This document shows positions 51,486 through 61,012 of a stretch of DNA of 64,000 nt, in pieces. Under the pieces are notes generated by a model, which saw only the letters and a program-made list of their open reading frames with translations, was not told the DNA's origin and made no database searches. Each line of letters begins with the position of its first letter. The first letter of the stretch is position 1. Made by a program: the position numbers and the translations under genes. Origin of the DNA: a virus; IMG/VR virus record IMGVR_UViG_3300045988_117149; one strand, written 5' to 3'.

Positions 51486-52441
51486 GATTCAGCCTTTTTA
51501 AGTGTTTCGATTAATAGATTAGTTTTTACCTCATCTTTAATGCCTTTCTCTTTTAGGTATCTCTTTGCTAGAGTTTTCTTAGAAAGTTGCTTAGTAATCT
51601 TATGTTTGTTATTAACTGGAGTACTAGCTTTTTGAGGAATTATGGTATAATAATTGCCATCATCCTTGATATCTTCTTCGGATTCTACATCCTTGAATTT
51701 TGGGAAACCTTTCAGAGGTACAAACTCCATGGATAGGTCTTCATATATTTTCCAATACCCAAGTTTGCAATTCTTATCTGTTCTTCTCTGTTGGTTAGGA
51801 GCCCCAATCATATAAACCTTTTTCCCAAGCCTTTGAGGTTTATGTATATGTCCACATAATACCAAGTCAAACCTATTCAGGGTATTCAGATTTAGGTTCT
51901 CTACAGAATCTATTTCCCTACCATCGGTATCCTTTGCTCCCGGGTAATCCGTATGAAGAAGAAGTATATGCTTTTTACTCTTATCTAATTTGAGTTCTGA
52001 AAGATACTTACTTATTCCGATATTATTATCAATATATGGAACCCCATGCACTTCTATTTCTTTGTGATATCCGGATAGTATACGAGTAGTGTAGTCTATT
52101 ATCTCTATACCATATCTTTCTACTGTATACAACCAACTGTAGGGTGGATTACCCACTCTACTTACCTTCTTAATATCATGGTTGCCCGATATAGCATATA
52201 TCCAAAGACCTCCCAATTTATTGAGCTCATTATAAACTATCTCTGAAAGGTCTTGGTCCATAGTCTCTGCCTTATGAAATAGGTCTCCACAGAATAGAGC
52301 AGGACAATTGTACTCTTTACATACTTTCTGTATAATCGACAAAACCCTGAACGAATTCAGGGTCCTGTGGTTATTGTCATTGAACTTAGCCCAGAGATTT
52401 ATGTGTAAATCTGAGAAAGCTACTGCAATTACATCTTTCAT
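51479..52441 (-). CDS. sbcD: SbcD/Mre11-like (T4 gp47-like) nuclease
   Basis: Phosphoesterase motifs AFSDLH, GDLFH, GNHD, LLLHTD and CGHIH. ATG 52441 forms an ATGA overlap with the upstream stop, whereas the track start 52516 overlaps 79 nt. Confidence 0.8.
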   Translation of the reverse strand: MKDVIAVAFSDLHINLWAKFNDNNHRTLNSFRVLSIIQKVCKEYNCPALFCGDLFHKAETMDQDLSEIVYNELNKLGGLWIYAISGNHDIKKVSRVGNPPYSWLYTVERYGIEIIDYTTRILSGYHKEIEVHGVPYIDNNIGISKYLSELKLDKSKKHILLLHTDYPGAKDTDGREIDSVENLNLNTLNRFDLVLCGHIHKPQRLGKKVYMIGAPNQQRRTDKNCKLGYWKIYEDLSMEFVPLKGFPKFKDVESEEDIKDDGNYYTIIPQKASTPVNNKHKITKQLSKKTLAKRYLKEKGIKDEVKTNLLIETLKKAESC

Positions 52442-53019
52442 AATAAATGTCCTTTTATCTGACTGAGTCTGGTATTCAAATCCAATTGAGGTATAACCAA
52501 AGTTGGTATTTCCCAATCTGCAAGAAGTTCTCCCATCATTCCTGATATATGTACTTGATAATACCGATTAGTGATTCTTTTATGATTATCTTCCATATTC
52601 CAATCCTTATAAGTTGACATGCTTAATGGAAGGTATATTGCTAAGTCACATTGACTTCTCATAAGAGTTCCACATTTACAGAAAAAATCTTCTAATTCGC
52701 ATTCAGGGAGATGTCTATCTTGTTTATACCAAAAGTAAGCAGCTAAATCTGCATAACTACGGTCTGTAACAAATGTTTCCTTATCCCTGAACAATCTATT
52801 TCTCAAAGTTAACAGTTGATAATCTGATTGTTGTAAACTCTTCGAACCAAGAGATAATAACTCTGAGTGAGTTATATCTTTAGTAGCGGGGAGTAAATCA
52901 CTCATACTACCAGAGATAAAAGGAATCCCACAAATCTCTTCTACTGCTTTTGCCAATGTAGTTTTCCCTATACCTGAGGGACCTACAAACATTATTCGTT
53001 TTGGTTTAATCCATTCCAT
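52438..53019 (-). CDS. P-loop kinase, candidate dNMP kinase (193 aa)
   Basis: FVGPSGIGKTTLAKA Walker A, the size of small nucleotide kinases, and replication-module context. Confidence 0.45.
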   Translation of the reverse strand: MEWIKPKRIMFVGPSGIGKTTLAKAVEEICGIPFISGSMSDLLPATKDITHSELLSLGSKSLQQSDYQLLTLRNRLFRDKETFVTDRSYADLAAYFWYKQDRHLPECELEDFFCKCGTLMRSQCDLAIYLPLSMSTYKDWNMEDNHKRITNRYYQVHISGMMGELLADWEIPTLVIPQLDLNTRLSQIKGHLL

Positions 53020-53887
53020 CTTGTAATTCTTTAAAGGGTTTTATAAATTCATTTGTCAAGAATGATGCTAAAGAGTATTCGATACAAATAGCTTTGAACT
53101 TTTCGTATTTGAACTTCTTCTTTATTTTGATAGGTAACTTGTCAAGAGGATTATGACCCACAAAGTAGAATAGGTCAATCAATTGCCTATTTCTTTCCCA
53201 TATCTCTAAGTACTTTTCTCGATTACCCTCATCCTCTAAGAACTTATGTATAGTTCCCTCATCAAGTATCTTCCTTGCTTTTACTGGCCCAATACCTGGG
53301 AACCCTGGAATATCATCGGATGTATCCCCAACCATGGCAAGGTATGATACAGTTTCATGTGAATGATAACCAAATAGTTTTTTGCAATTCTCCATCCGAA
53401 TCATCTCGTCCTTCCTTGGGTTGTATATCCGAAGGTTATTACTTAGCAACTGGTTAAAATCCTTGTCTGATGATATAAGTATCATCTTATCGGATTGGAA
53501 TTTTTTAATTGCAAGGTATGCTAAGAAATCATCTCCTTCATATACTGTAGATTTTCTTTTATCGAATATATAATTAATTCTTAGCATACCCAATAACTTC
53601 ATGATAATTACCTTTTGACTTTGCAATGATTCGTAGTCTACAGATATATTCTTTCTGTGTCCCTTATAATTGGGTAACAGCTCCATTCTCAAAGGTGAAT
53701 GCCCATTATCGAATGATATATAAACATCATCTGGTTCAAACCTTGTAAGGTACATATGTAATGATTTAAAAAATCCGAATATTGCCCCACTGGGTTTACC
53801 ATCAGTACTCTTAAGTTTTTCGAACTTATGAAAGGATTGATGGAGAATATTCTCCCCATCAATCAATAATATTGTTTTCTTACTCAT
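53006..53887 (-). CDS. 5'-3' exonuclease / flap endonuclease (T4 RNase H / Pol I N-terminal family)
   Basis: ILLIDGENILHQSFH, PNYKGHR, EGDDFLA, ISSDKDFNQL, GDTSDDIPGFPGIGPVKARKIL. ATG 53887 (MSKKTILLIDG) is preferred. Confidence 0.8.
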   Translation of the reverse strand: MSKKTILLIDGENILHQSFHKFEKLKSTDGKPSGAIFGFFKSLHMYLTRFEPDDVYISFDNGHSPLRMELLPNYKGHRKNISVDYESLQSQKVIIMKLLGMLRINYIFDKRKSTVYEGDDFLAYLAIKKFQSDKMILISSDKDFNQLLSNNLRIYNPRKDEMIRMENCKKLFGYHSHETVSYLAMVGDTSDDIPGFPGIGPVKARKILDEGTIHKFLEDEGNREKYLEIWERNRQLIDLFYFVGHNPLDKLPIKIKKKFKYEKFKAICIEYSLASFLTNEFIKPFKELQDGMD

Positions 53888-55028
53888 CGTCTTCCTCCTC
53901 GTCTTCTGATTCATTAAATGATTCATATTCTACTCCATCTACTGGATAATAATTAGTAGTCAGAGCTTCTAACTTCTTTCTAGTAGTACCGATGGTATTA
54001 ATATCAGCTTTACGAAGTAACTTACGACGAAGGTCATCATCTTCCTCAAGAAGCTTTTGGAATTTCTCTTCTCCTCTTGCAAGGGTTTTACCTTTAAACT
54101 TATAAACCCCACCTGAGGATTTTTCGATAATGTCGTTCTCTACTAAGACGTCTTCGAGTCCGAAGCATCTATCAAAGCCGACTTCATGGAATTTAGGATT
54201 GAAGTATACCGGGCATTTAGAGATCGTTGGTCTTGGAGGAGCCACTTTATTCTTAATAAGTCGAATAGTAACGAGTTTGCCTGCTTTTCGTTCTTTACCT
54301 TTTTGCTTAACAGTAATGCTTCTACCAGAATAGAACGCAGCCCGGATTGAAGCATAAAACTTGAGTGCTGCTCCTCCAGTAGTGGTTGTATTATCTTTTC
54401 CAAATCCGACATTGAGTGCTGTTCTTAATTGGTTAATGTATATTTGACAAATTCCGAGTTTGTAGAAAAGTTCACTCCTGATACGGAAGTATTTATAAAG
54501 AGCCTTTGCTCTACCTCCCATCTCTGCTTTACCCTCTGCCATTTTAGCATCTATGTTATCTGCACAGTCCATAGCAGCAATAGAATCGATTACTAAGAGT
54601 ATCGGTTCATTATTAGTTAACTGAGAACGAAGGTATATTGCTAAGTCTGCTACTGCATCCGATACGTACTCTATACGGGTATCATTAATGCAAGTTACCT
54701 TAGTTGGGTCTACACCATTAATCTCTGCCCAGGAATTCATCCAAGATTGTTCGGCATCTACCCATATTACGTGTCCACCAAGTTGAATTGTAGAATATGC
54801 AAAGTTGTATGCAATAAGAGACTTACCTGAAGATTCTTCTCCAGCAATTTCAATGGATTTTCCCCAGGGTATGCCCCCTCCGAATAAATAGTTGAGAGCA
54901 AAGAATGTTGAAGGTAACCATAAACCTGTTTCCTTAGTTTCTGATGCTACCTTAATCATCCCACCATATTTTTTCAATATCTCATTTTTGGTTGGTACTT
55001 TTAAACCTACTTTTGTTTTCTTTGCCAT
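53880..55028 (-). CDS. recA: RecA/UvsX-like recombinase
   Basis: Walker A GEESSGKS, Walker B LLVIDSIAAM, and RecA-like loop regions. Confidence 0.8.
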   Translation of the reverse strand: MAKKTKVGLKVPTKNEILKKYGGMIKVASETKETGLWLPSTFFALNYLFGGGIPWGKSIEIAGEESSGKSLIAYNFAYSTIQLGGHVIWVDAEQSWMNSWAEINGVDPTKVTCINDTRIEYVSDAVADLAIYLRSQLTNNEPILLVIDSIAAMDCADNIDAKMAEGKAEMGGRAKALYKYFRIRSELFYKLGICQIYINQLRTALNVGFGKDNTTTTGGAALKFYASIRAAFYSGRSITVKQKGKERKAGKLVTIRLIKNKVAPPRPTISKCPVYFNPKFHEVGFDRCFGLEDVLVENDIIEKSSGGVYKFKGKTLARGEEKFQKLLEEDDDLRRKLLRKADINTIGTTRKKLEALTTNYYPVDGVEYESFNESEDEEEDDE

Positions 55029-55029
55029 C

Positions 55030-55443
55030 TTAAATACCTCCTTTGTTTTTCAAAATACGAATTGCATCACGTAGTACTTCTTTTTCTTCGTCGTCGTAAT
55101 TCATAAGAGAACTTTTATCGAAAACGAATTCCATAAGATTATAACCCAAAAATGGTACTTCAGTCTTCTTTCCATTTGGGAGCTCTACCTTATTATACAT
55201 CCATGATAATACCATATCGGCCATTATTGGGTCTATCAATTTTAACACCAATACGGGATTTTCATAAGCCATGGTATTATTTGTTAACCTTGCTTGCCTA
55301 TAACCTTCCTGTACTCTCTCATGATATTCTCTTGCTTTAGCATAATCAAAATCTTTTCCTAAACCAAGTTCTTCACAAAATTTCCCTATTACATAGGACT
55401 TATCTTCATCGGATAATTTTTCCCATTGTTCTTTATCTACCAT
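55030..55443 (-). CDS. hypothetical protein (137 aa)
   Basis: ORF-track ORF, 1-nt gap to recA. Confidence 0.5.
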   Translation of the reverse strand: MVDKEQWEKLSDEDKSYVIGKFCEELGLGKDFDYAKAREYHERVQEGYRQARLTNNTMAYENPVLVLKLIDPIMADMVLSWMYNKVELPNGKKTEVPFLGYNLMEFVFDKSSLMNYDDEEKEVLRDAIRILKNKGGI

Positions 55444-55465
55444 AATGTATTCTGTTTAAACTAAA

Positions 55466-55501
55466 GAAGGTGATAACAGAACGAATCTAATTACCACCTT
55501 C
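55466..55501 (-). terminator. intrinsic terminator after the SSB-like gene
   Basis: GAAGGTGATAA / TTACCACCTTC (10 of 11 pairs). On the minus strand it is followed by TTTAGTTTAAA. Confidence 0.6.
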
Positions 55502-55525
55502 GAATGAAACCATATTTACTAACCC

Positions 55526-56338
55526 TTAAATATCCGACTTATATTTTTTCTTCTTTTTCTTGGGTTCATCATCTTCCATGTAATGGTCTTTGTGAATACC
55601 CTTTTTCTTTTTCTTCTTTTTAGGTTCGTCATCTTCAGAGTCATGGTCCTCGTTGAGATACTGTGCAAGTAGTTTCTCAAGTTCATCATAATCTTTTATC
55701 TGAGAACGAACGATGTTTTCCAAGTCTACGTTACCTTGGTATTTCTTATCCAACTTAGTTGGTTTGCAAGCACGGGCAGAATAGGTAGTGTCTAACTTAC
55801 CTGAACCAGAACGGATGATTTTAATATCGTATCCAGTTCTTGGGTCTGTCATATCACCAGCCTCATCCTCATCAAGGTAAAGGTCAATTATATCCTGATA
55901 TACTGAGCGAGGTACTAAAACTCCCTTATCTTTCCCGTCGTAATCGAATTTAGTACCCTTTTCATCAGCATATACTGGTCCACCAATAACGTACCTTCTT
56001 CTTGGTACAAGGTTCTTTGCAAGTTCCTTGTCATCCTCATCTTTGGAATTTTTCAGTTCTTGATACTTTTCCATAAATGGGCAAGGCTCATCGAAAGTAG
56101 CAGGAGATATAACTCCACCCAAATTACCTCCCAGATAGAATTGGATAATCTCTATACCCAATTCTTGGTCATCACCTGGGGATTTAATTCTCATGCGTAA
56201 TGTACCTTCTTTGGGATATACCAATCCATTACCGTTTCCCTTAGACTCTAGCTGTTTTTTTCTAGCTAGCATCTTTTCCTTAGTAGAAAGTCCTTCTGAA
56301 GATACTTTCTTTTTCTTTTTGTCCTTGTCTTTTATCAT
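55526..56338 (-). CDS. putative ssDNA-binding protein (gp32-like architecture, 270 aa)
   Basis: Basic N-terminus, an OB-sized core with a CP...motif, and an acidic/basic tail. Sits beside the recombinase and chaperonin genes. Similarity to T4 gp32 was judged only from memory. Confidence 0.4.
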   Translation of the reverse strand: MIKDKDKKKKKVSSEGLSTKEKMLARKKQLESKGNGNGLVYPKEGTLRMRIKSPGDDQELGIEIIQFYLGGNLGGVISPATFDEPCPFMEKYQELKNSKDEDDKELAKNLVPRRRYVIGGPVYADEKGTKFDYDGKDKGVLVPRSVYQDIIDLYLDEDEAGDMTDPRTGYDIKIIRSGSGKLDTTYSARACKPTKLDKKYQGNVDLENIVRSQIKDYDELEKLLAQYLNEDHDSEDDEPKKKKKKKGIHKDHYMEDDEPKKKKKKYKSDI

Positions 56339-56342
56339 AATA

Positions 56343-56735
56343 TTAATTTTGATTGTTCGGTTCTGAGTATACTATCTCATTCATAGACAGTACCGTAAGA
56401 TTGTTCTTCTCCAAAAGTTGTTGCAATGCAGGAGATAATTCATCGGTTGGGAATTCAAGTTCCTTGCCTGCATACAAACCATAGGTAACGATATTACCAA
56501 TCTTTACCAAATCCCGGTAGGTTTTGTATTCCTCTGTGATTTCCCCACTCTTTACTACCACGCCCTTACGAGGTACTCCCTCTTTTACTTGTTCCGGAAT
56601 GATAAGCCCAGATTTAGTTTGGTTTACTTCTTTCGGTGATAGGATAAGTACCCGATTTTCGGTTGGGCATCCCGGTAATTCTTGATTGAATTTCTCAGCT
56701 ACAAGAGTTGAGATAAATGACATTGAATAATTCAT
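56343..56735 (-). CDS. groES: GroES-like co-chaperonin (130 aa)
   Basis: ENRVLILSPKEVNQTKSGLIIPEQVKEGVPRKGVVVKSG...VKIGNIVTYGLYAGKELEF parallels E. coli GroES (DRVIVKR.E.ETKSAGGIVL...G.V.AVG...VKVGD.V.F..Y.G). Confidence 0.6.
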   Translation of the reverse strand: MNYSMSFISTLVAEKFNQELPGCPTENRVLILSPKEVNQTKSGLIIPEQVKEGVPRKGVVVKSGEITEEYKTYRDLVKIGNIVTYGLYAGKELEFPTDELSPALQQLLEKNNLTVLSMNEIVYSEPNNQN

Positions 56736-56783
56736 ATTCTAATACTGTTTTTAAAAGTTAGTAATTGTTTATAGTTCAATAGG

Positions 56784-57200
56784 TTATCCCTTTCTAAGGT
56801 TTGCATTAATAGTTCTTAGTATATTTTCGCGTGATTCATAAGCTCTACATATACTGATGAACTTATTTGCTTTCTCTACTGCTTTAAGATATCTTTCGCA
56901 TATAGAGGCATACTTCTTATTAAGATTTGCCTTATGAGATACGTAATCGTTATTCCATCTCTCATTAGCATCCTTATAATATATCCAAGCTTGGGAATAG
57001 GCTTCTTCCTTTTCCCTTGCTAGTAAGTCCCTTTCCCTTATATACTTATCTCTCAGTGAGCATAAGATATAATAACTAGAGGGAGAATCTCGTAGCTGAG
57101 AATTGATAATATTCTCATTGATAGATAATTCCTTTTGTATATCTATCTCGATTGATTTACCCTCAAATTTCACCTTCAGTTTCTTCAGTTCTATCTTCAT
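56784..57200 (-). CDS. hypothetical protein (138 aa)
   Basis: ORF-track ORF. Confidence 0.5.
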   Translation of the reverse strand: MKIELKKLKVKFEGKSIEIDIQKELSINENIINSQLRDSPSSYYILCSLRDKYIRERDLLAREKEEAYSQAWIYYKDANERWNNDYVSHKANLNKKYASICERYLKAVEKANKFISICRAYESRENILRTINANLRKG

Positions 57201-57693
57201 GGACTTTCAGTAGGTTTTTAAAATCTTCTTTACTGTATTTGCCTTCTTGAATTGCCTTTGATACTTGAGCGAATGCTGCAAAGTAGGCCCTATCTAAACC
57301 GGGTAAGTGTAGGAGAGATTCATATTTACCTATTATATCAACTAAAGCTTTAAACCTTAAGTCGCATAGTTCATCTGAACCACCCCTATCTACCAATACA
57401 AGAAACGTAACCCAGTATATATGAACAGCATCTTCGTAAGCTAACTTGGCTTCATCATCGTTACCCATTACGTTAAATGCCAAGTCCTCTAATATTTTTA
57501 GATTGCCTTGCAATTGACCTATTTGTTCTTTTACTCGATTGAATAACATTTTATCCCTACCTGCTAACTTTAAGTTAGCTTTTGCCAGATAATCGAATAG
57601 CCCATCTATTGAATATACCAAGCATGCCGATATCATATATGTTAGGGATGATAATCTGTTGGCATCTAGCCTTGCTTTTTCCGCATTCGTCAT
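57163..57693 (-). CDS. hypothetical protein (176 aa)
   Basis: ORF-track ORF. Confidence 0.5.
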   Translation of the reverse strand: MTNAEKARLDANRLSSLTYMISACLVYSIDGLFDYLAKANLKLAGRDKMLFNRVKEQIGQLQGNLKILEDLAFNVMGNDDEAKLAYEDAVHIYWVTFLVLVDRGGSDELCDLRFKALVDIIGKYESLLHLPGLDRAYFAAFAQVSKAIQEGKYSKEDFKNLLKVHEDRTEETEGEI

Positions 57694-57714
57694 AGTCTCA
57701 TAATTTTATATTAT

Positions 57715-57936
57715 TTATGTAGACATAGTATCCTCTTTCCTCAAGTTGGTAGTTGTTTTTGCTGAATCTGAATGCTTTAAGCTAATTTTACAATTTGGGC
57801 AATGTACTACTCTAAAGATACTATTGTCAGCAACATTATATACTCGTTCTGTTTCACTAGTATCATATTCAAATTCGCAATCACAGCAAGGACATTTAGC
57901 TCGCCATACCGTGGGCCCGTTCAAAATCTTTTTCAT
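57715..57936 (-). CDS. zinc-ribbon protein (73 aa)
   Basis: CPCCDC...HCPNC. Confidence 0.5.
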   Translation of the reverse strand: MKKILNGPTVWRAKCPCCDCEFEYDTSETERVYNVADNSIFRVVHCPNCKISLKHSDSAKTTTNLRKEDTMST

Positions 57937-60187
57937 ACTTCTTTATTTGTTTGTTAAACCTTTCCTTGAATTGCTTGGTGTGAATATGCTTATACTTCTT
58001 ATGTTCTTCCATATATTCCTCAACTGAGAAATCTGGTTGAAGCATCTTGTTATAATCATACCCAGGAATAAAGGGTAATTCCTCTGCCATTGACCTACCA
58101 ATAGTAAAGTCCATATCCATATCTACATCATCTACTTGGAAACCAAAGTATTTCTTTGTACTTGGATTACGTAGAATATTCCAGATAGTATATACTGTCC
58201 AGGTGTTTATATCTTGTGGCTTAGAATACATATAAACCGCATCATGAACTGTACAAGCTTCTTTCATCATGGGCAATTTGCCTTGTCTCATTAACCAGTA
58301 TACAAGAATTGCTCCAAAGTTTGTCATATTTGCTGCAGCACCCTGACATGGGAAATTCAAACCTAATCGGATAGCATAAGCAACTTCTTGTTTATCGTTA
58401 GAATATATCTGAGGTAATCTTCTCTTAGTTCCGAATAATTGGGTGTAATAACCATTCTTACGTAAGAACTTCTCTTGCTTCTCTTTGAACTTAAGTATCT
58501 TTGGGTGTTTCTTAAAGAATTCATCCATTTCCTTACGAGCTTCTTCTTTCGAAACTATAATACCAGCTTTTGGGTCAGATAATTTAACTGCTAGAAGAGC
58601 ATCACCAATACCATAGATAAGTCCAAAAGCAATTTGTTTAGCTTGCTTTCTCCTTACCTTCCATAACTTATGGTCTGGGTGTGATTCATCCTCATATATT
58701 TTAGAAGCTTCCTCAATGGGTACTCCATACTTTGCTGCTGCTATACCAAGGTGAGGATCTACTCCCTTGGCAAATGCTTCAAGATAAGTTTCATCACCAG
58801 ATAAGTGAGCCATCATTCTTAACTCTGCTTGGGAGTAGTCGAATGCCATGTATAAATATCCGGGAGGAGCAACTAATTGTTTTTTGATATTGGGGTCTAC
58901 AGATGTCTTTGGTATCTGCTGCATGTTTGGGTCTGCAGAACTAAACCTATTAGAGTCAGTACCATGTATATTATATCTACCATGTAATCGAGAGTCATCT
59001 TGTACTTTCTCCCACCATCCATAAATATAAGTCTTATACATTTTCTCTAACCCTCTAAGTTCCAATAACTTGTCAAGGAATATTGCTTTTGGTGATTCTG
59101 GGTTTTCTACCTTAAGCCTTAGATTAGTTAAAGTTTCCTCATCTGTACTTGGTTTACCAGATTCATTATCCTTGATTACCTCAAAATTAAACCCATGCTT
59201 TGAATACATAAGTGCAGGCAAATCAACTGGACTACCAAGGTTAATTGGTCTTATCAAATCCTGTTCCTTTTTAGTTGTGAATATACCTGCCTTGATATTA
59301 GATATCTTCTGTTCCCTTGATGCAATCTTTCGTTTGTCTTTTGGGTCATTATAATCTAACTCTTCAAGTTCTGCTTGGATAGCTTCTATATATTTATCAA
59401 TCTTAGCCTGGTTAAATCTCTTTTCGAATTTCTTAACTCTTGGCAAGTCGTATATTGCTTGTCTAGCAGCATCAATCTTTGGCTTATATTCTTCCAGAAG
59501 CTTTTTATTGAACTCGGTATCTACATATAATCCCTCTTTCTCTACAGAAGTAAGTACTCGAGAATTACACATAAATAAATTACGAAATACTGAATACATT
59601 CCCAAGTCAATTAACTTCTTCTCAAAGAATAGCATTAATCTCAAAGTATAATCTGTATCTTGACACCCATAATGGCAAAGTGGGTCTAATTCTTTTTTAT
59701 CCCAGGGTATCTTATCAAAAGCATCCTGCTTTTCATAATTACCATATTCTGGCAAATACCTTCTTACCATTGATTTTAGGTCATGTGGTTTTTCTTCATT
59801 GAGTACGTATTTTGCAAGCATACCATCTAAGCAAGTACCCCTATAGAATATTTTATACTTCTGATTTATCTGGTCATCAAATTTCCAGTTCCAGGCAACC
59901 TTAACTACATCGTAATTTTCGATTACCTCTTCCCCAAATTTCCTTAGCATCTTTTTCCAATTCCATCCTGGAGCAGTATATTCTTTAGTCTGAAAATGGT
60001 CTAAAGGTATAGAAGCACCAAATCCTGGCATCCAAGATACTGATAAGATTGTTGGTTTAAAAGATTTGTTGTATATGGGTTCTGCATTGGTTTCATAGTC
60101 ACAACAAGCATAACCCGTTGCTATACAACAAGCAATAAGTCGTTTGAGTTCTTTCTTGTTTCTTATTATCTTATATCTTGTCTCCAT
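57896..60187 (-). CDS. polA: family A DNA polymerase with 3'-5' exonuclease domain
   Basis: Exo I CCDYETNA, motif A DYSQAELRMMAHLSGDE, motif B RRKQAKQIAFGLIYG, motif C TVHDAVYM. ATG 60187 (METRYKII) is preferred over the hydrophobic track extension to 60232. Confidence 0.9.
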   Translation of the reverse strand: METRYKIIRNKKELKRLIACCIATGYACCDYETNAEPIYNKSFKPTILSVSWMPGFGASIPLDHFQTKEYTAPGWNWKKMLRKFGEEVIENYDVVKVAWNWKFDDQINQKYKIFYRGTCLDGMLAKYVLNEEKPHDLKSMVRRYLPEYGNYEKQDAFDKIPWDKKELDPLCHYGCQDTDYTLRLMLFFEKKLIDLGMYSVFRNLFMCNSRVLTSVEKEGLYVDTEFNKKLLEEYKPKIDAARQAIYDLPRVKKFEKRFNQAKIDKYIEAIQAELEELDYNDPKDKRKIASREQKISNIKAGIFTTKKEQDLIRPINLGSPVDLPALMYSKHGFNFEVIKDNESGKPSTDEETLTNLRLKVENPESPKAIFLDKLLELRGLEKMYKTYIYGWWEKVQDDSRLHGRYNIHGTDSNRFSSADPNMQQIPKTSVDPNIKKQLVAPPGYLYMAFDYSQAELRMMAHLSGDETYLEAFAKGVDPHLGIAAAKYGVPIEEASKIYEDESHPDHKLWKVRRKQAKQIAFGLIYGIGDALLAVKLSDPKAGIIVSKEEARKEMDEFFKKHPKILKFKEKQEKFLRKNGYYTQLFGTKRRLPQIYSNDKQEVAYAIRLGLNFPCQGAAANMTNFGAILVYWLMRQGKLPMMKEACTVHDAVYMYSKPQDINTWTVYTIWNILRNPSTKKYFGFQVDDVDMDMDFTIGRSMAEELPFIPGYDYNKMLQPDFSVEEYMEEHKKYKHIHTKQFKERFNKQIKKYEKDFERAHGMAS

Positions 60188-60241
60188 AATTATAAATAGA
60201 AAGAGGGACATACCTACCAGTAGCAGATACATCCCTCTTAA

Positions 60242-61012
60242 TTAGTATTTATCTTGTAAATCTTCCAGATTAGAGCTCAAAGCTAACCAATCCTTCTTAT
60301 AAGCATGGAGAGAATCGATAGTATGATACAGATAACCTGGTTTAACCCCAACCTCTTGAGCAACATATTCCATAAGTCTCCATGCAAGATATACGTCATT
60401 ACCAAAGTGAGTAACAAAATCTGAACTCCTTTGGTGATAACAAATATGTAATACCTTTTCTCCCTTACCATTCTCTCGGATAAGGAAATCATAATACATG
60501 GAACATGGGATACGTTTACTACCATCGAGATATCTTAAGTCTGAACCAAAGAATATTGGGAGTACTGCTTTCCGAGTATCACTATCCCTTTTAAGCAATT
60601 CGATAACCGTTTGTAGATGATATTCAGAATTGAACGGTAGTTTACCACCAACTGGGAATTCTTTCCAAATTCTCTCTGGGTAGGTATAATCAAACTTACC
60701 ATCTACCAAGAACTGTTCCCATAAATCCTTTCTCAATTTCCAAGCTTTTCCTGGGTTATAATCGTACCAACCAATTCTTTCCTTAAATTCGGCATCTGCC
60801 CATTCTTTTGACTTTGAGAATATAAACAACCATACTGGGTCTCCCAAAGATGTCAAGCAATATTGTTGGCAAATTACTTCCTTGGTTATAAAGTCATCAT
60901 TACCCTCGATGACTTTATTCTGATAGGTCTTTGGTTTTACAGTTTGACCATAACTGTTGAGCTCTCTGCCCAATTCGGACATTAGCTCGAATGAATTACT
61001 GAATATTCTCAT
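60242..61012 (-). CDS. ThyA-fold pyrimidine-nucleotide C5 transferase, dCMP-hydroxymethylase-like (256 aa)
   Basis: LLKRDSDTRKAVLPIF, catalytic RIPCSMYYDF, HQRSSDFVTHFGNDVY and DSLHAY align with ThyA (DPDSRRIIVSAW, APCHAFFQF, YQRSCDVFLGLPFNIASY, GDTHLY). The residue aligned with ThyA N177 is Asp, as in T4 gp42 (MRSNDVVFGFRNDYAW). Confidence 0.65.
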   Translation of the reverse strand: MRIFSNSFELMSELGRELNSYGQTVKPKTYQNKVIEGNDDFITKEVICQQYCLTSLGDPVWLFIFSKSKEWADAEFKERIGWYDYNPGKAWKLRKDLWEQFLVDGKFDYTYPERIWKEFPVGGKLPFNSEYHLQTVIELLKRDSDTRKAVLPIFFGSDLRYLDGSKRIPCSMYYDFLIRENGKGEKVLHICYHQRSSDFVTHFGNDVYLAWRLMEYVAQEVGVKPGYLYHTIDSLHAYKKDWLALSSNLEDLQDKY

